Shown: in pieces, positions 39,132-54,160 of the stretch | How the letters are laid out: the number at the start of each line of letters is the position of its first letter | Position numbering within the stretch: the first letter of the stretch is position 1 | DNA from: Eledone cirrhosa | Lineage: Eukaryota | Assembly (NCBI GenBank): GCA_964016885.1 | Contig: OZ024760.1 | Coordinates: 17,856,001 to 17,920,000 of the forward strand | DNA: 64,000 nt | Direction: 5' to 3' | The notes under the pieces: model-generated | Database searches by the model: none | Told to the model about the DNA's origin: nothing | What the model saw: the letters and a program-made list of their open reading frames with translations, nothing else | Made by a program: the position numbers and the translations under genes

Positions 39132-39775
39132 TTTGTGTGTGTGTGTTTGTGTGTATGGCCAGTTGTCCAACAATTCAGTGATGACGTCACCCTCTTCATC
39201 TGATATATCAACCACGCCTCTGATGAACACACAGACAGGATATGTGTCCAAATATGATATATATATATATATATAACCAATATGTAATATATGTCCAATA
39301 TATATGATATATGCCCAATAGATATATGACATATATGTAACATATGTCTAATATATGATATATGTCCAAAATATATGATATCTCTTTTCCGTTCGCTTTG
39401 AAAGACTATCGTTACTATAAAATCACAATACCTTCTCCCAGGCTCCACATAAAACTCTATGTGGACCTGTTATGACTTAATTTCTATAAGTTATTGTTTT
39501 GTATTGGTCTTTTATTCCACGGAGAGCACTTTGGCTTATGTCAGATGTTGTGACTTCGGGTGGACGAGCAGTACCGTCTGTAGGGGTCGAAACTGCCAGA
39601 AGTGTATCTCGACAGCTGAAGACTTCAGTGTTCTATGTTTTCCGTTTGTCTTTTTATTTTCAAAAATATCTTTTTAAGGTTTCCCCTTCAAAAAAAAGTT
39701 TGTTTTCTTTGCTTTGTTTTCGTTCGGTGTCACCTCTTTGTTAATTTTCCTAATTTTATTTTATATATACATATA

Positions 39776-39818
<43 letters not shown>

Positions 39819-40026
39819 TTCCATATATATCTATGTATATATATATATATATATATGTATATATACCCATGCAGGCATTGAAAGCGAACGTAAAAACGAT
39901 TATGATGATGATACACACACACACACACACAGATATATATATATATATACACACACACATATATATATATATACACATATATATATACACATACACACAC
40001 ACACATACACACACATATCTAATACT

Positions 40027-40062
<36 letters not shown>

Positions 40063-40555
40063 CACTCACACACGGACACACACACACACGCACACACATA
40101 TATATATACACATCCACACACACATATATATATACTCACACACACAGACACTGACACACGGACACACACGCACACACACACATATATATATATATATGTA
40201 TAAGCTGTCAGACGGCGGTGGTTTATGTTTGTCAGCGAACTGTTGATTGTCAGTGCAATTAAATAGGACTAAAGATCTTACGATGTTTAACAAGGTTTCT
40301 TTCTAAAGAATCTATTTTAGAGGCTGAATGATTTCATCGTTAAAACCATCATATTTTGATTGACCAGAGCTCGGAGTTAGTCCCTCATTCTTAGATTTAC
40401 ATGCCGTGATATTGCCGGCCCCTACATAACTGTTGTTGCCCTTGTCTTGAAGCCTTGCCTTTCATATTTGTACAAAGAGAAACTTAAGACACACACACAC
40501 AGATACATACATACACACAAGGACACACACGTATATACATACACACAATGACACA

Positions 40556-40672
<117 letters not shown>

Positions 40673-40713
40673 GTGTGTGTATATATATATATATATATAT
40701 ACATACATATATA

Positions 40714-40800
40714 CAGGGTGTCCTCCCGCCAAAAAAATTGTATATACACTTTGATTACCTGTACAGGGGAAGTCTGTACACATTTTTGGGGGAGACCCTG
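40714..40800. mobile_element. 87-bp Tc1/mariner-like mini-MITE
   Basis: TA|CAGGGTGTCC...GGAGACCCTG|TA with imperfect TIRs, inserted in (TA)n. Confidence 0.65.
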
Positions 40801-40982
40801 TATATATATATATGTGTGTGTATGTGTGCGTGTGTGTATATATGTGTCTGTGTGTATATATATGTGTGTGTATATATGTGTGTGTGTATATATATGTGTG
40901 TGTGTGTATATATATATATGTGTGTGTGTATATATATTTGTATGTGTATATATATATATATATGTGTGTGTATATATATATA

Positions 40983-41013
<31 letters not shown>

Positions 41014-41030
41014 GTGTGTGTATATATATG

Positions 41031-41089
<59 letters not shown>

Positions 41090-41937
41090 GCACACACAAT
41101 AAATGCCCATACTCATATATAGCTATCATTATTCTTAGTTATCGTTATTGTTGTTATTATTATTATTAATATTATTATTATTATTGTTGTTGTTGTTGTT
41201 ATAATTATTTAATCCCCTCCGTTCATAGAGGGACACAGCTCCATTCTTGTACTAAGGGCCCCATAAAATTAACTGAAATGGAAGCCTAAAAGGTCAAGTA
41301 TGTATGTCTGTCTGTGTGTGTGTGTGTTTGTTTGTGTGTGTGAGTGTGTGTCTGTATGTATGTGTGTATGTGTGCGTGTATGTGTATGCATGTGTGCGTG
41401 TATGTGTATGCATGTATGTGTGTGTGTATGTATGTATGTACGTATGTGTATGTATGTATATATGTATGCGTGTCTGTCTGTCTGTCTGTATGTATGTATG
41501 TATGTATGTATGTATGTATGTATGTACGTGTGTATGTGTGTATATGTGTCTTGCGTGTGTATGTCTCCATGTATGTATGTATGCATAGCTATGTATGAAA
41601 GTATGTATGTGTGTATGTAAGTATCTATCTATATATATGTATGTAAGTAGGTATGTGTGTATGTGTGTATGCCTGTATGTATGTATGTATTATATGGCTG
41701 TATATTTATGTATATGTATGTATATATGTATGTATGTCTACGTATATATGTATGTATATATGTATATATGTATATATATATATGTATATATGTATATATG
41801 TATATATATATATATATGTATATATGTATATATGTATATGTATATATGTATATATATGTATATATGTATATATATATATATATATATATGTATATGTATA
41901 TATATGTATATATATATATACATATATATATATATAC

Positions 41938-42022
<85 letters not shown>

Positions 42023-42043
42023 TACATATATACATATATATAC

Positions 42044-42090
<47 letters not shown>

Positions 42091-42103
42091 TACATATATA
42101 TTC

Positions 42104-42134
<31 letters not shown>

Positions 42135-42173
42135 CATATATACATATATATACATATATATATATACATATAT

Positions 42174-42209
<36 letters not shown>

Positions 42210-42424
42210 GTGTAAAACTAGTATAAAGACGACAATACGCCATTATGCTCCACTTGACATGAAAACAATTGTATTTACTCTGTTCTCATCAGCCACCCAA
42301 GTTACCTTCAGTTCTGTTGAACAACAAGAAAAGATCCTCTCGGCCACTGAACCTCAATTTTTACCAAATCACACGCCTGCTATTTTATTTTAGTCATTAA
42401 TTTACCTGTTTTGAGTAGCCACCT

Positions 42425-42456
42425 GCCACACTCACACTCACACCACACTCTCACCT

Positions 42457-42488
<32 letters not shown>

Positions 42489-42810
42489 GTCTCAACCTTT
42501 ACTCCAAGGTAACCATGTGATGAAACCGAAGTAGTCAAGCATCCTCCAACCTCACTCACACTCTCACTCACACTCTCACTCTCATTCTCACTCTCACTCA
42601 TGTCTCAACCTTTACACCAAGGTAACCATGTGATGAAACCGAAGTATTCAAGTATCCTCCAACCACACTCACACTCTCACTCACACTGTCACTCACACTG
42701 TTACTCACACTGTCACTCACACTGTCACTCTCATTCTCACTCACACTCATGTCTCAACCTTTACTCCAGGGTAACCATGTGATGAAACCGAAGCATTCAA
42801 GTATCCAACT
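42425..42810. repeat. Three ~125-bp units (GGTAACCATGTGATGAAACCGAAG plus (CACTCT)n)
   Basis: Core at ~42508, 42621, 42770. Confidence 0.85.
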
Positions 42811-42819
42811 GCATATGAG

Positions 42820-44672
42820 CGGTGTAGTGTAGTGTAATGGTGTGGTGTAGTGTAGTATAGTATAGTGGTGTAGTATAGTATAGTGGTGTAGTATAGTATA
42901 GTGGTGTGGTGTAGTGTAGTATAGTATAGTGGTGTAGTATAGTATAGTGGTGTAGTGTAGTATAGTGGTGTGGTGTAGTGTAGTATAGTGGTGTAGTATA
43001 GTATAGTGGTGTAGTATAGTATAGTGGTGTAGTGTAGTATAGTGGTGTGGTGTAGTGTAGTGTAGTGGTGTAGTATAGTATAGTGGTGTAGTATAGTATA
43101 GTGGTGTAGTATAGTATAGTGGTGTAGTGTAGTATAGTGGTGTGGTGTAGTGTAGTGTAGTGGTGTAGTATAGTATAGTGGTGTAGTATAGTATAGTGGT
43201 GTAGTATAGTATAGTGGTGTAGTGTAGTATAGTGGTGTGGTGTAGTGTAGTGTAGTGGTGTAGTATAGTATAGTGGTGTAGTATAGTATAGTGGTGTGGT
43301 GTAGTGTAGTATAGTATAGTGGTGTAGTATAGTATAGTGGTGTAGTGTAGTATAGTGGTGTGGTGTAGTGTAGTATAGTGGTGTAGTATAGTATAGTGGT
43401 GTAGTATAGTATAGTGGTGTAGTGTAGTATAGTGGTGTGGTGTAGTGTAGTGTAGTGGTGTGGTGTAGTGTAGTGGTGTAGTATAGTATAGTGGTGTAGT
43501 GTAGTATAGTGGTGTGGTGTGGTGTAGTGTAGTGGTGTGGTGTAGTGTAGTATAGTATAGTGGTGTAGTGTAGTATAGTGGTGTGGTGTAGTGTAGTGGT
43601 GTGGTGTAGTGTAGTATAGTATAGTGGTGTAGTGTAGTATAGTGGTGTAGTGTAGTATAGTGGTGTGGTGTGGTGTAGTGTAGTGGTGTGGTGTAGTGTA
43701 GTATAGTATAGTATAGTGGTGTGGTGTAGTGTAGTGGTGTGGTGTAGTGTAGTATAGTATAGTGGTGTAGTGTAGTATAGTGGTGTGGTGTAGTGTAGTG
43801 GTGTGGTGTAGTATAGTAGTGGTGTAGTGGTGTGGTGTAGTGTAGTGTAGTATAGTAGTGGTGTAGTGTAGTGGTGTGGTGTAGTGTAGTGGTGTGGTGT
43901 AGTGTAGTGGTGTAGTGATGTGGTGTAGTGTAGTATAGTAGTGGTGTAGTGTAGTGTAGTGGTGTGGTGTAGTGTAGTGGTGTGGTGTGGTGTAGTATAG
44001 TGTAGTATAGAGTAGTGGTGTGGTGCAGTGTAGTGGTGTAGTGGTGTGGTGTAGTGTAGTATAGTGTAGTGGTGTGGTGTAGTGTAGTGGTGTAGTGTAG
44101 TATAGTGTAGTGGTGTAGTGTAGTGGTGTAGTGTAGTGTTGTGGTGTGGTGTAGTGTAGTGTAGTGGTGTGGTGTAGTGTGGTGTGGTGTAGTATAGTGG
44201 TGTGGTGTAGTGTAGTGGTGTGGTGTAGTGTAGTATAGTGTAGTATAGTGTAGTATAGTGTAGTGGTGTGATGCAGTGTAGTGGTGTGGTGTAGTATACT
44301 GTAGTGGTGTAGTATAGTGTAGTGGTGTAGTGGTGTGGTGTGGTGTAGTGTGGTGTAGTGGTGTGGTGTGGTGTAGTGGTGTAGTGTAGTATAGTGTTGT
44401 GGTGTAGTGTAGTGGTGTGGTGGTGTAGTGTAGTGGTGTAGTATAGTGTAGTGGTGTAGTGGTGTGGTGTAGTGTGGTGTAGTGGTGTGGTGTAGTGGTG
44501 TGGTGTAGTGGTGTGGTGTAGTGGTGTGGTGGTGTAGTGTAGTGGTGTAGTATAGTGTAGTGGTGTAGTGGTGTGGTGTAGTGGTGTGGTGTAGTGGTGT
44601 GGTGTAGTGGTGTGGTGTAGTGGTGTGGTGTAGTGGTGTAGTGGTGTGGTGTGGTGGTGTAGTGGTGTGGTG
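42820..44672. repeat. 1.85-kb pentanucleotide satellite (GTAGT/GTGGT/ATAGT mosaic)
   Basis: Seen directly; source of the 640-aa T/P/L/H/Y ORF. Confidence 0.95.
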
Positions 44673-44802
44673 TTTATCTGATGTAAGTTATAATAATTGG
44701 TAGAAAATGTTAAGTACATTTACTGTCTGTTATGTTTTGACGTTTATTGTGTGTGTGTGTGTGTGTGTGTGTGTGACGTTCATTGAAGGTGTGTGTGTGT
44801 GT

Positions 44803-44840
<38 letters not shown>

Positions 44841-45087
44841 AAGGGTATTAGTATCGGCATTATTGCGAACCACGGTATTTTGTAAATGTATGTTTTATGT
44901 TAGAGAGAGAGAGTGAGATGGAGTGTGAGAGCCAGAAACTGGGAGAGAGAGAGAGAGAGAGAGAAAGAGGGCTAGAAAGGGAGCTAGACAAAGGGATAGA
45001 GAGAGAGGGGGAGAGAGGGAGCAAACAACAGGGAGCGAAAGAGAGCTAGACAGAGGGATAGAGAGAGAGGGGGAATGTGAGAGCCAG

Positions 45088-45135
<48 letters not shown>

Positions 45136-45254
45136 TAGACAGAGGGATATATTGAGAGAAACTTAGATAGATAGATAGATAGATAGATAAAGAGAGAGAA
45201 ACTGACAGAGAGACAGAAAGATAGAGAGGGGTAGGGGTGCCGAATACAGAAGAA

Positions 45255-45289
<35 letters not shown>

Positions 45290-45589
45290 TATTTTATATA
45301 TAATATTGGTGTATGTTTGGACTGTTTGGAAGCTTCTAACAATTTCAGTTATGGAACATCTTTCTTTGATGTTTACGTGGAAAACGATAAATTGAATTCT
45401 TGCTTAGATTAAATTTCTTATTAATAGTAATTTAGTTGGAACGTCGAGAGTTGTGGAGTGAAGATGGAAGTTTCTGGAGAGCCGAAAACGTCATCATCTG
45501 GTTCCGACATCAGTGCGAAGTCATTGTAATTCACTTATGATGTTAATTTTGTTATTATAGTAGTGTAGCTTAGTCATTTATGTATAGGA

Positions 45590-46540
45590 GGGGCGGGACA
45601 GTGCTCATTTTAAATAGCTTTACTATCCTAAGGAAAAATGTAGGGTGTAGTACCAACTTTTGAAATAGGTTTACTCACAAATGTAGGGGGCAGTGCTCAT
45701 TTTAAAAATATGTTTACTCAGAAATTAGGGGGCAGTGCTCATTTTAAAAATAGGTTTACTCTCCTAAGGAAAAATGTAGGGAGTAGTACCAACTTTCGAA
45801 ATGGGTTTACTCTGAAATTAGGGAACAGTGCTCATTTTAAAAATAGCTTTACTCAAAAATATAGGGGACAGTGCTCATTTTAAATAGCTTTACTATCCTA
45901 AAGAGAAATGTAGGGTATACTACCAACTTTCGAAATAGGTTTACTCAGAAATGTAGGGAGCAAATCTCATTTTTCTAGGGCAGTACCAATTTTTAAATAG
46001 ATTTACTAAGGAGAACTAGGGCAGTAACAACTTTTAAATAGGTTTACTTTGTAATGTAGAGGACAGTGCTAATTTTTAATAAGTTTACTAAGCCCCCAAT
46101 ATTGGCACAGAGAAGAAATCTGTCTCATTTCTCCTTTCTATAAAATTCTGTCGCGTTTTTGTGCCTTTTTATAAGACCCCAATATTGGCTCGGATAGGAA
46201 GCCTTTCTCATTTCTCTTTTCTATAAAATTCTGTCGCTTTTTCAAGCCTTTTTATTTATAAAACCCCCAATATTGGCACAGATAAGAAACCCGTCTCATT
46301 TCTCTTTTCTATAAAATTCTATCGCTTTTTTGTGCCTTTTTATGAGACGCCAATATTGGCTCAGATAGAAAATCTGTCTCATTTCTCCTTTCTATAAAAC
46401 TGTTACTTTTTCGTGCCTTTTTAAAAGACCCCAATATTGGCACAGATACAAAATCCTTGTCATTTCTCTTTTCTATAAAATTCTGTCGTATTTTCAAGAC
46501 TTTTTATTTATAAGTCCCCAATATTGGCTCAGATACAAAC
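45590..46540. repeat. Two adjacent diverged arrays (~40-bp units, then ~85-bp CCCCAATATTGGC units); possibly the interior of a non-autonomous Helitron-like element
   Basis: CCAATATTGGC occurs six times between 46093 and 46530. Confidence 0.75.
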
Positions 46541-46731
46541 AAGGGGAACAACAGAAATATAAAAATAAAAGAAGGGCGGGAAAGTGGGAATGTTTTTACA
46601 ATCAAAATAACAAAAAAGTGATTAGCTCGAGGGCTGGTGTAATCCGACTGGGAAGATGGGATGTGAACACATACAACGACAGACAAGTAAACATATTTAG
46701 ATTCAAAGATAGATATAGAACAACAATATAG

Positions 46732-46799
<68 letters not shown>

Positions 46800-47032
46800 C
46801 ATATATATATATATATATTATACATATATATATATATATATTATACATATATATATATATTATACATATATATATATATATATTATACATATATATATAT
46901 ATATTATACATATACATATATATGTATATATATTATATATGTATATATAATATATATATAATATATATATGTATAATATATATATATGTATATATATATA
47001 TGTATATATATATTTATTATATACATATATGT

Positions 47033-47073
<41 letters not shown>

Positions 47074-47695
47074 ATATATTAATGAAAGGTATAGAAATTG
47101 TTTTAGCGATAAGCTAACAGTATTCCATAACATATATGTGTATATATGTGTATATATATATGTATATATATTATATATATTATATACATATATGTATAAT
47201 ATATATATATGTGTCTCTCTCTATATATATATGTATATATATAATATATATTATATACATATATGTATAATATATATATGTGTTTATATATATTATATAT
47301 GTATATAAATCATATAAATATATTATATATGTATATATATTATATATATACTTTATATGTATATATATCATATATGTATAAATATTATATATGTATATAA
47401 ATCATATAAATATATTATAAATATATATATATATATATAAATATATACACACAAATATATTATGTTGCACCAAAGGCTGTACACGTCGGGACCCTATGAA
47501 AAGGGGCAGATTTGAGAGGTAATTGCCTCTCATACAGACTGTACACCCGTTGAAAATATTATCAACGAACCTCAAGCAAATATACAAAAAAAGCATCCAT
47601 TGTGAGAATTGTTAAAAATATTGTTGCCTGAATCTCGCGAAGTCCTGAGTGTTGGACACAGCTAAATGGTAACCCCTCTTCCATCAGCCGTGGCA

Positions 47696-47777
<82 letters not shown>

Positions 47778-47910
47778 TGTTGTAGTCATCGACGTCGTTC
47801 TATTCCTAGTGTGTTGGGGTACATACACGGGTGTGTGTGTATGTATATATATATATATATATATACCCATATACACATATATACACATAAATATATATAC
47901 CCATATACAC

Positions 47911-47962
<52 letters not shown>

Positions 47963-47974
47963 ACATATATATAC

Positions 47975-48041
<67 letters not shown>

Positions 48042-48334
48042 CATATACACACATATACACATAAATATATATACACATGTATATATGTATATGTGTGTAT
48101 ATCATTTTTTTCTTATAGGTATCGTAATAAGATTTGTTTTCAAAGGTTTTCACGCGCAACTGAACAAATAAACAGAAACTGGTTGAGAAAGAGAGAGAGA
48201 GACAGAGGGAGGGAGGGAGAGAGGGGGTGGGAGTTAGAGAGAGGGTGGGGAAGAGAAGTTTAGAGATAAATAAACAAAAGGGAAGCCACTTAAGAGGGGA
48301 AGATCTGTGGCCGGGCTAAGCAGCCGATTGATTA

Positions 48335-49900
48335 GAAGACACCAACACTATCATAGTACATTCACTAGAGACCAACATTATCACCGTACACTCACTAAAG
48401 ACCAACACTATCATAGTACACTCACTAGAGAGACCAACGCTATCACCCTACACTCACTAGAGACCAGCATTATCATAGTACACTCACTAGAGACCAGCAC
48501 TATCATAGTACACTCACTAGAGACCAGCACTATCATAGTACACTCACTAGAGAGATCAACGCTATCACCCTACACTCACTAGAGACCAGCACTATCATAG
48601 TACACTCACTAGAGACCAACATTATCACCGTACACTCACTAGAGAGCAACATTATCGCTGCACACTCACTAGAGACCAACGTTATCACCGTCCACTCACC
48701 AGACTCACTAGAAAGACCAACATTAACAGCGTATACTTCCTTGAGAGACCAACACTATCAACGTACATTCACTAGAGGCACCAATATTATCTACGTACAC
48801 TCACCAGTGATCCAATATTATCAACATACCCTCAATAGAGAGATCAACACTCACAACGTAAACTCAATAGGGAGACCAACACTCCAACATTATCAATGTA
48901 CACTTAACAGAAAGACCAACACTATCAACATACACTCCATAAAGAGACCAGCACTATCGACGTTCACTCAACAGAAATACTAACATTATCATCGTTCACT
49001 CACCAGAAGTACTAACATTATCATCGTTCACTCACCAGAAGTACTAACATTATCATCGTTCACTCACCAGAAGTACTAACATTATCATCGTTCACTCACC
49101 AGAAGTACTAACATTATCATCGTTCACTCACCAGAAGTACTAACATTATCATCGTTCACTCACCAGAAGTACTAACATTATCATCGTTCACTCACCAGAA
49201 GTACTAACATTATCATCGTTCACTCACCAGAAGTACTAACATTATCATCGTTCACTCACCAGAAGTACTAACATTATCATCGTTCACTCAACAGAAATAC
49301 TAACATTATCATCGTTCACTCACCAGAAGTACTAACATTATCATCGTTCACTCAACAGAAATACTAACATTATCATCGTTCACTCAACAGAAATACTAAC
49401 ATTATCATCGTTCACTCACCAGAAATACTAACATTATCATCGTTCACTCACCAGAAGTACTAACATTATCATCGTTCACTCAACAGAAATACTAACATTA
49501 TCATCGTTCACTCACCAGAAATACTATTATCATCGTTCACTCAACAGAAATACTAACATTATCATCGTTCACTCAACAGAAATACTAACATTATCATCGT
49601 TCACTCACCAGAAATACTAACATTATCATCGTTCACTCAACAGAAATACTAACATTATCATCGTTCACTCAACAGAAATACTAACATTATCATCGTTCAC
49701 TCAACAGAAATACTAACATTATCATCGTTCACTCAACAGAAGTACTAACATTATCATCGTTCACTCACCAGAAGTACTAACATTATCATCGTTCACTCAC
49801 CAGAAGTACTAACATTATCATCGTTCACTCACCAGAAGTACTAACATTATCATCGTTCACTCAACAGAAATACTAACATTATCATCGTTCACTCACCAGA
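48335..49900. repeat. 32/33-bp minisatellite; diverged left part, homogeneous ~29-copy right part
   Basis: Unit TAACATTATCATCGTTCACTCA(C/A)CAGAA(G/A)TAC at 48960-49900. Confidence 0.95.
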
Positions 49901-50246
49901 GAGATATTACAGGTTCTATGAAACCAACTCATTCCAGTCGAGATAAAATTACTTCAGAGGTTTAGATACAAAAGCTAACATGGCCGCCGGCAGTCGTCCA
50001 ATTGCTGCAATGATTTCGGCTTGATTGATGCTGGGAAGGAGCATTGAGGGTGGTTGAAGGGCGGGGGAAGACCGGTTGTGGGCGGTAGAGGGCTGGGTAT
50101 TGCTGGCTGTCTTTGTGTGTGTCTCTGTGTGTGTGTTTTGTTGTGTGTGCATGTGTGTGTGCGTTTCTGTCTGAGACAAAACGAGGGAATTAAGACGGGT
50201 GGCAAAAGGGTGAGAAGTGCCCCGAAGGAGAGAGATACGATATAGG

Positions 50247-50285
<39 letters not shown>

Positions 50286-50325
50286 GCACGTGTTTACATT
50301 TTACCTCGAATAGTTTTATACACAG

Positions 50326-50357
<32 letters not shown>

Positions 50358-50395
50358 GCATATATACATATATACATATATACATACACATATGC

Positions 50396-50480
<85 letters not shown>

Positions 50481-50533
50481 CACGCATGTATATAAATACA
50501 CAGACACACACACATATATATATATACATACAT

Positions 50534-50575
<42 letters not shown>

Positions 50576-51289
50576 GCATGTATATAAATATACACACACA
50601 CACACATATATATATATATACATACATACACATATATATATATATTTATATATATATTTATATATATATTTATATATGAGACTGAGATAAATGCCGATAG
50701 AGTTTGTAGTTTGTAGAATACATAGAAAAAAGAAAAAAAAAGAGAGGAAAACGTAAGCTAGGTAAATGGAACAGAAGATTGATGGTGTGTGAGAGGGTGT
50801 GGCTGGTATTAGGGGAGAGGGGGCCCTCCCAGACCGAGAGTAGTGGATTATGGAAGACTAAGAGTAAGTTACTAGACTAGAATATCAAATAAAACTAAAG
50901 AAAAGACCAGAAAAGAAAAGAAAAAGGTAGATGTGTTGGGTGGCGGGTGTGGGGGGGAGGGCTGTGGTGGTGGTGGTGGATGGGGATTTGTGGCGGCGGA
51001 GGGGGTTTGTGGGGGTGGAGGGTGAGCGAGTCTGTGAATGCGTATATTTATACTTTCAGTAAATGAACTCTTCAAAGGGATTTATATTCGCGAGTGAGTT
51101 GCTTCAAGCGAGAGAGAGAGAGAGTGTGTGTGTGAGTGAGAGAGAGAGTGTGTGTGTGTGAGTGAGTGAGTGAGAGAGAGGGGCGAGAGAGGGATGGGAA
51201 ATTCAACAATGTCGCCATATCTGGATCCTCTCAGTCAGTCAGTGACAGTCCGGTCCTGTTCCACCCTCCTCCATTCCGTTCCATCTTGC

Positions 51290-52130
51290 CCTACCCTTAC
51301 CTTCCGCCATCTCTTGGCAACACCACCGGTTCTACCAACCCCCCGCTCTCTCTTGGCAACACCACCGTTTCTACCAACCCCCCGCTCTCTCTTGGCAACA
51401 CCACCGGTTCTACCTACCCTCCGCCATCTCTTGGCAACACCACCGTTTCTACCAACCCCCCGCTCTCTCTTGGCAACACCACCGGTTCTACCAACCCCCC
51501 GCTCTCTCTTGGCAACACCACCGGTTCTACCTACCTTCCGCCCTCTCTTGGCAACACAACCGTTTCTACCTACCCTCCGCCCTCTCTTGGCAACACCACC
51601 GTTTCTACCTACCTTCCGCCCTCTCTTGGCAACACCACCGGTTCTACCTACCCTCCGCCCTCTCTTGGCAACACCACCGTTTCTACCTACCTTCCGCCCT
51701 CTCTTGGCAACACAACCGTTTCCACCTACCATCCGCCCTCTCGGGACAACGTCACCGTTTCTAGTACCCTTCGCCGTCTTTTGGTAACGCCACCGGTTCT
51801 ACTTACCTTCCGCCCTCTCTTGGCAACACCACCGGTTCTAGTACCCTTTGCCCTCCCTGGACAACGCCACCTTTTCTACCTACCCTCTCTTGGCAACGCC
51901 ACCGGTTCTACCTACCTTCCGCCCTCTCTTGGCAACACCACCGGTTCTAGTACCCTTTGCCCTCCCTGGACAACGCCACCTTTTCTACCTACCCTCTCTT
52001 GGCAACGCCACCGGTTCTACCTACCTTCCGCCCTCTCTTGGCAACACCACCGGTTCTAGTACCCTTTGCCCTCTCTGGACAACGCCACCTTTTCTACCTA
52101 CCCTCTCTTGGCAACGCCACCGGTTCTACG
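51290..52130. repeat. 39-bp GC-rich minisatellite, ending in a 109-bp higher-order unit
   Basis: CCCTCTCTTGGCAACACCACCGGTTCTACCTACCTTCCG; GTACCCTTTG at 51841, 51950, 52059. Confidence 0.92.
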
Positions 52131-53029
52131 ATTGACACTCCAAAGGAGAACGCCGACATTCGAGAACGTTAAAGTAAGTTTCGAACAAGCGAAAACATCG
52201 CTGGCTGCGACAAGAAGCCTTTAAGCTATGAAATCTCTAAGATCTCCTCTCTTTCTTTTATTCAGACTCTTTTCTTTTATTCAGACAGTCAATCAACTTA
52301 CAATCTACTCCACCTGTTCGTCTCTCTCTTCCCCTCTCTTCCTCTCCCTTCCCTTTAAGATTATTATCCGTGTAGGCGTTAATAAAGCAGTGGACTGTGT
52401 ACAAATCACCGAAATTGGATGAGAGAATTGATCCAAGGTCGGCCTTGTAGCTGCTGTGGTTACTTCATAAGTGATTAACGAGTTAGAATATAAATGTTTA
52501 GACTTCAATCTGTTGCTAGCTCGTGGATTTTATTCGCTAACTAACTTATAGAATAGCTAAATTAATTACTGAAACGTGAAACCTCCTTACTTGATAGCTT
52601 ACAGAATATAGAATATAGAATACAGAATACTTTGTTTGTTATATTCAGAACAAAATGAAAATGGTGTCGAGATAATGAGTTTGGCTAGAAAATGGCCGAC
52701 CTAAACAGTGTAAGGAAATCTCCATATTTGATACCGTTAGTACAGCAGTGTTGGAACGTAGAGACTGATGACGAAGAGAAGATATACTTCTATGGTCTAC
52801 AGACACAGATCTGTCGTTCAACTGGCGGGGAATGATGTTGAGGTAGAAAAGATTTAAAAAAAAAAGGATTTATATTAAAATTAGTAAACAGCATTGCTGT
52901 ATGAACAGGATATATCGGTGGGAAAGGATTAATTTACCAGTGAATTCCTCAATAAAATGAATCATGATTAAAAATCAGAGCAATCCTAGATGTAAGTCTC
53001 ACTTTTTTTTTGTATTATTTTATTAAATG

Positions 53030-53790
53030 TAAGGGCGGTGGATTGGCAGTCTCAGTAGAGGGTCGGACGCCATGTTTTGCAGCAAGAGTTACGGCTCTTT
53101 ATGATTTGAGTTCAAATCCCGCCGAGGTTAACTTTGCCTTTCATCCTTACGGGGTCGATAAAATAAAGTACCAGTCACGCACTGGGGTCGATTTAATCGA
53201 CTATCCCCTCCCCCAAAATTGATGGCCTTGTGCCTATATAAGAAATCACCCGGGCCCATTGAAAGGCTTTCGTCCCCTCGAGTCTTAGATCACGCGCTCT
53301 AGCTCTGACAACGCAGCCTTCATGCTTTGTGTTGAAGAATTGCTTTATGGCATAGAGTTACAGCCCTTTATATTCTGAGTTCAAATCCTGCCGAGGTTAA
53401 CTTTGCCTTTCATCCTTACGGGGTCGATAAAATAAAGTACCAGTCACGCACTGGGGTCGATTTAATCGACTATCCCCTCCCCCAAAATTGATGGCCTTGT
53501 GCCTATATAAGAAATCACCCGGGCCCATTGAAAGGCTTTCGTCCCCTCGAGTCTTAGATCACGCGCTCTAGCTCTGACAACGCAGCCTTCATGCTTTGTG
53601 TTGAAGAATTGCTTTATGGCATAGAGTTACAGCCCTTTATATTCTGAGTTCAAATCCTGCCGAGGTTAACTTTGCCTTTCATCCTTATGGGGTCGATAAA
53701 ATAAAGTACTAGTCACGCACTTGGGTCGATTTAATCGACTTCCCCCTCCCTCAAAATTGCTGGCCTTGTGTCTATATAAGAAACCATTAT
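53030..53790 (+). mobile_element. SINE family 1 cluster including a tandem duplication of SINE plus ~90-bp unrelated flank
   Basis: AAGAAATCACCCGGGCCCATTGAAAGG...CATGCTTTGTG present twice. Confidence 0.88.
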
Positions 53791-53946
53791 TTTACTAAAT
53801 GTATGGATGGATGCATGGAAGTTCTGGTTTTCTAAGTTCATAATTTTTTACCAACAACATCTGACTGATAAAATGAAAAATCAGTCAATCATATTGGTAA
53901 TGTAATGTAATGTAATGTAATGTAATGTAATGTATGTATGCTATAT

Positions 53947-54160
53947 CAATCGACTTTCGTCAAATCGGACCGAGGAAACAATGTTTCCATTGGTCTTTCC
54001 AATTGCTAATACTATATATCGGTCTAAACTCCAGGTAGAAGGAACAACGTGAAATAAAGTGTCTTGCTCAAGGACATAACGTATCGCCCGGTCCGGGAAT
54101 CGAACTCACAACCTCAAGATTGCGAATCCAATTCTCTAACCACTCAGCCACACGCCTTCA
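53947..54160 (-). mobile_element. tRNA-derived SINE family 2
   Basis: Reverse complement of 18845-19057. Confidence 0.85.

Noticed and set aside
39215-39256. CTGATGA followed by an ACACA/TGTGT stem
   Set aside because: GAAA replaced by CAAA and no stem I/III; at best a decayed remnant.
42797-44719. 640-aa ORF (T/P/L/H/Y-rich)
   Set aside because: Translation of a pentanucleotide satellite; no domain or splice support.
48960-49900. CRISPR-like array of 32-bp repeats
   Set aside because: Units are contiguous with no unique spacers, and the context is eukaryotic with no cas genes.
51166-52172. 297-aa mucin-like ORF with repeated NTT sequons and a nearby GTAAGT
   Set aside because: The 39-bp minisatellite is open in several frames on both strands and its 109-bp higher-order unit shifts frame; no partner exons seen.
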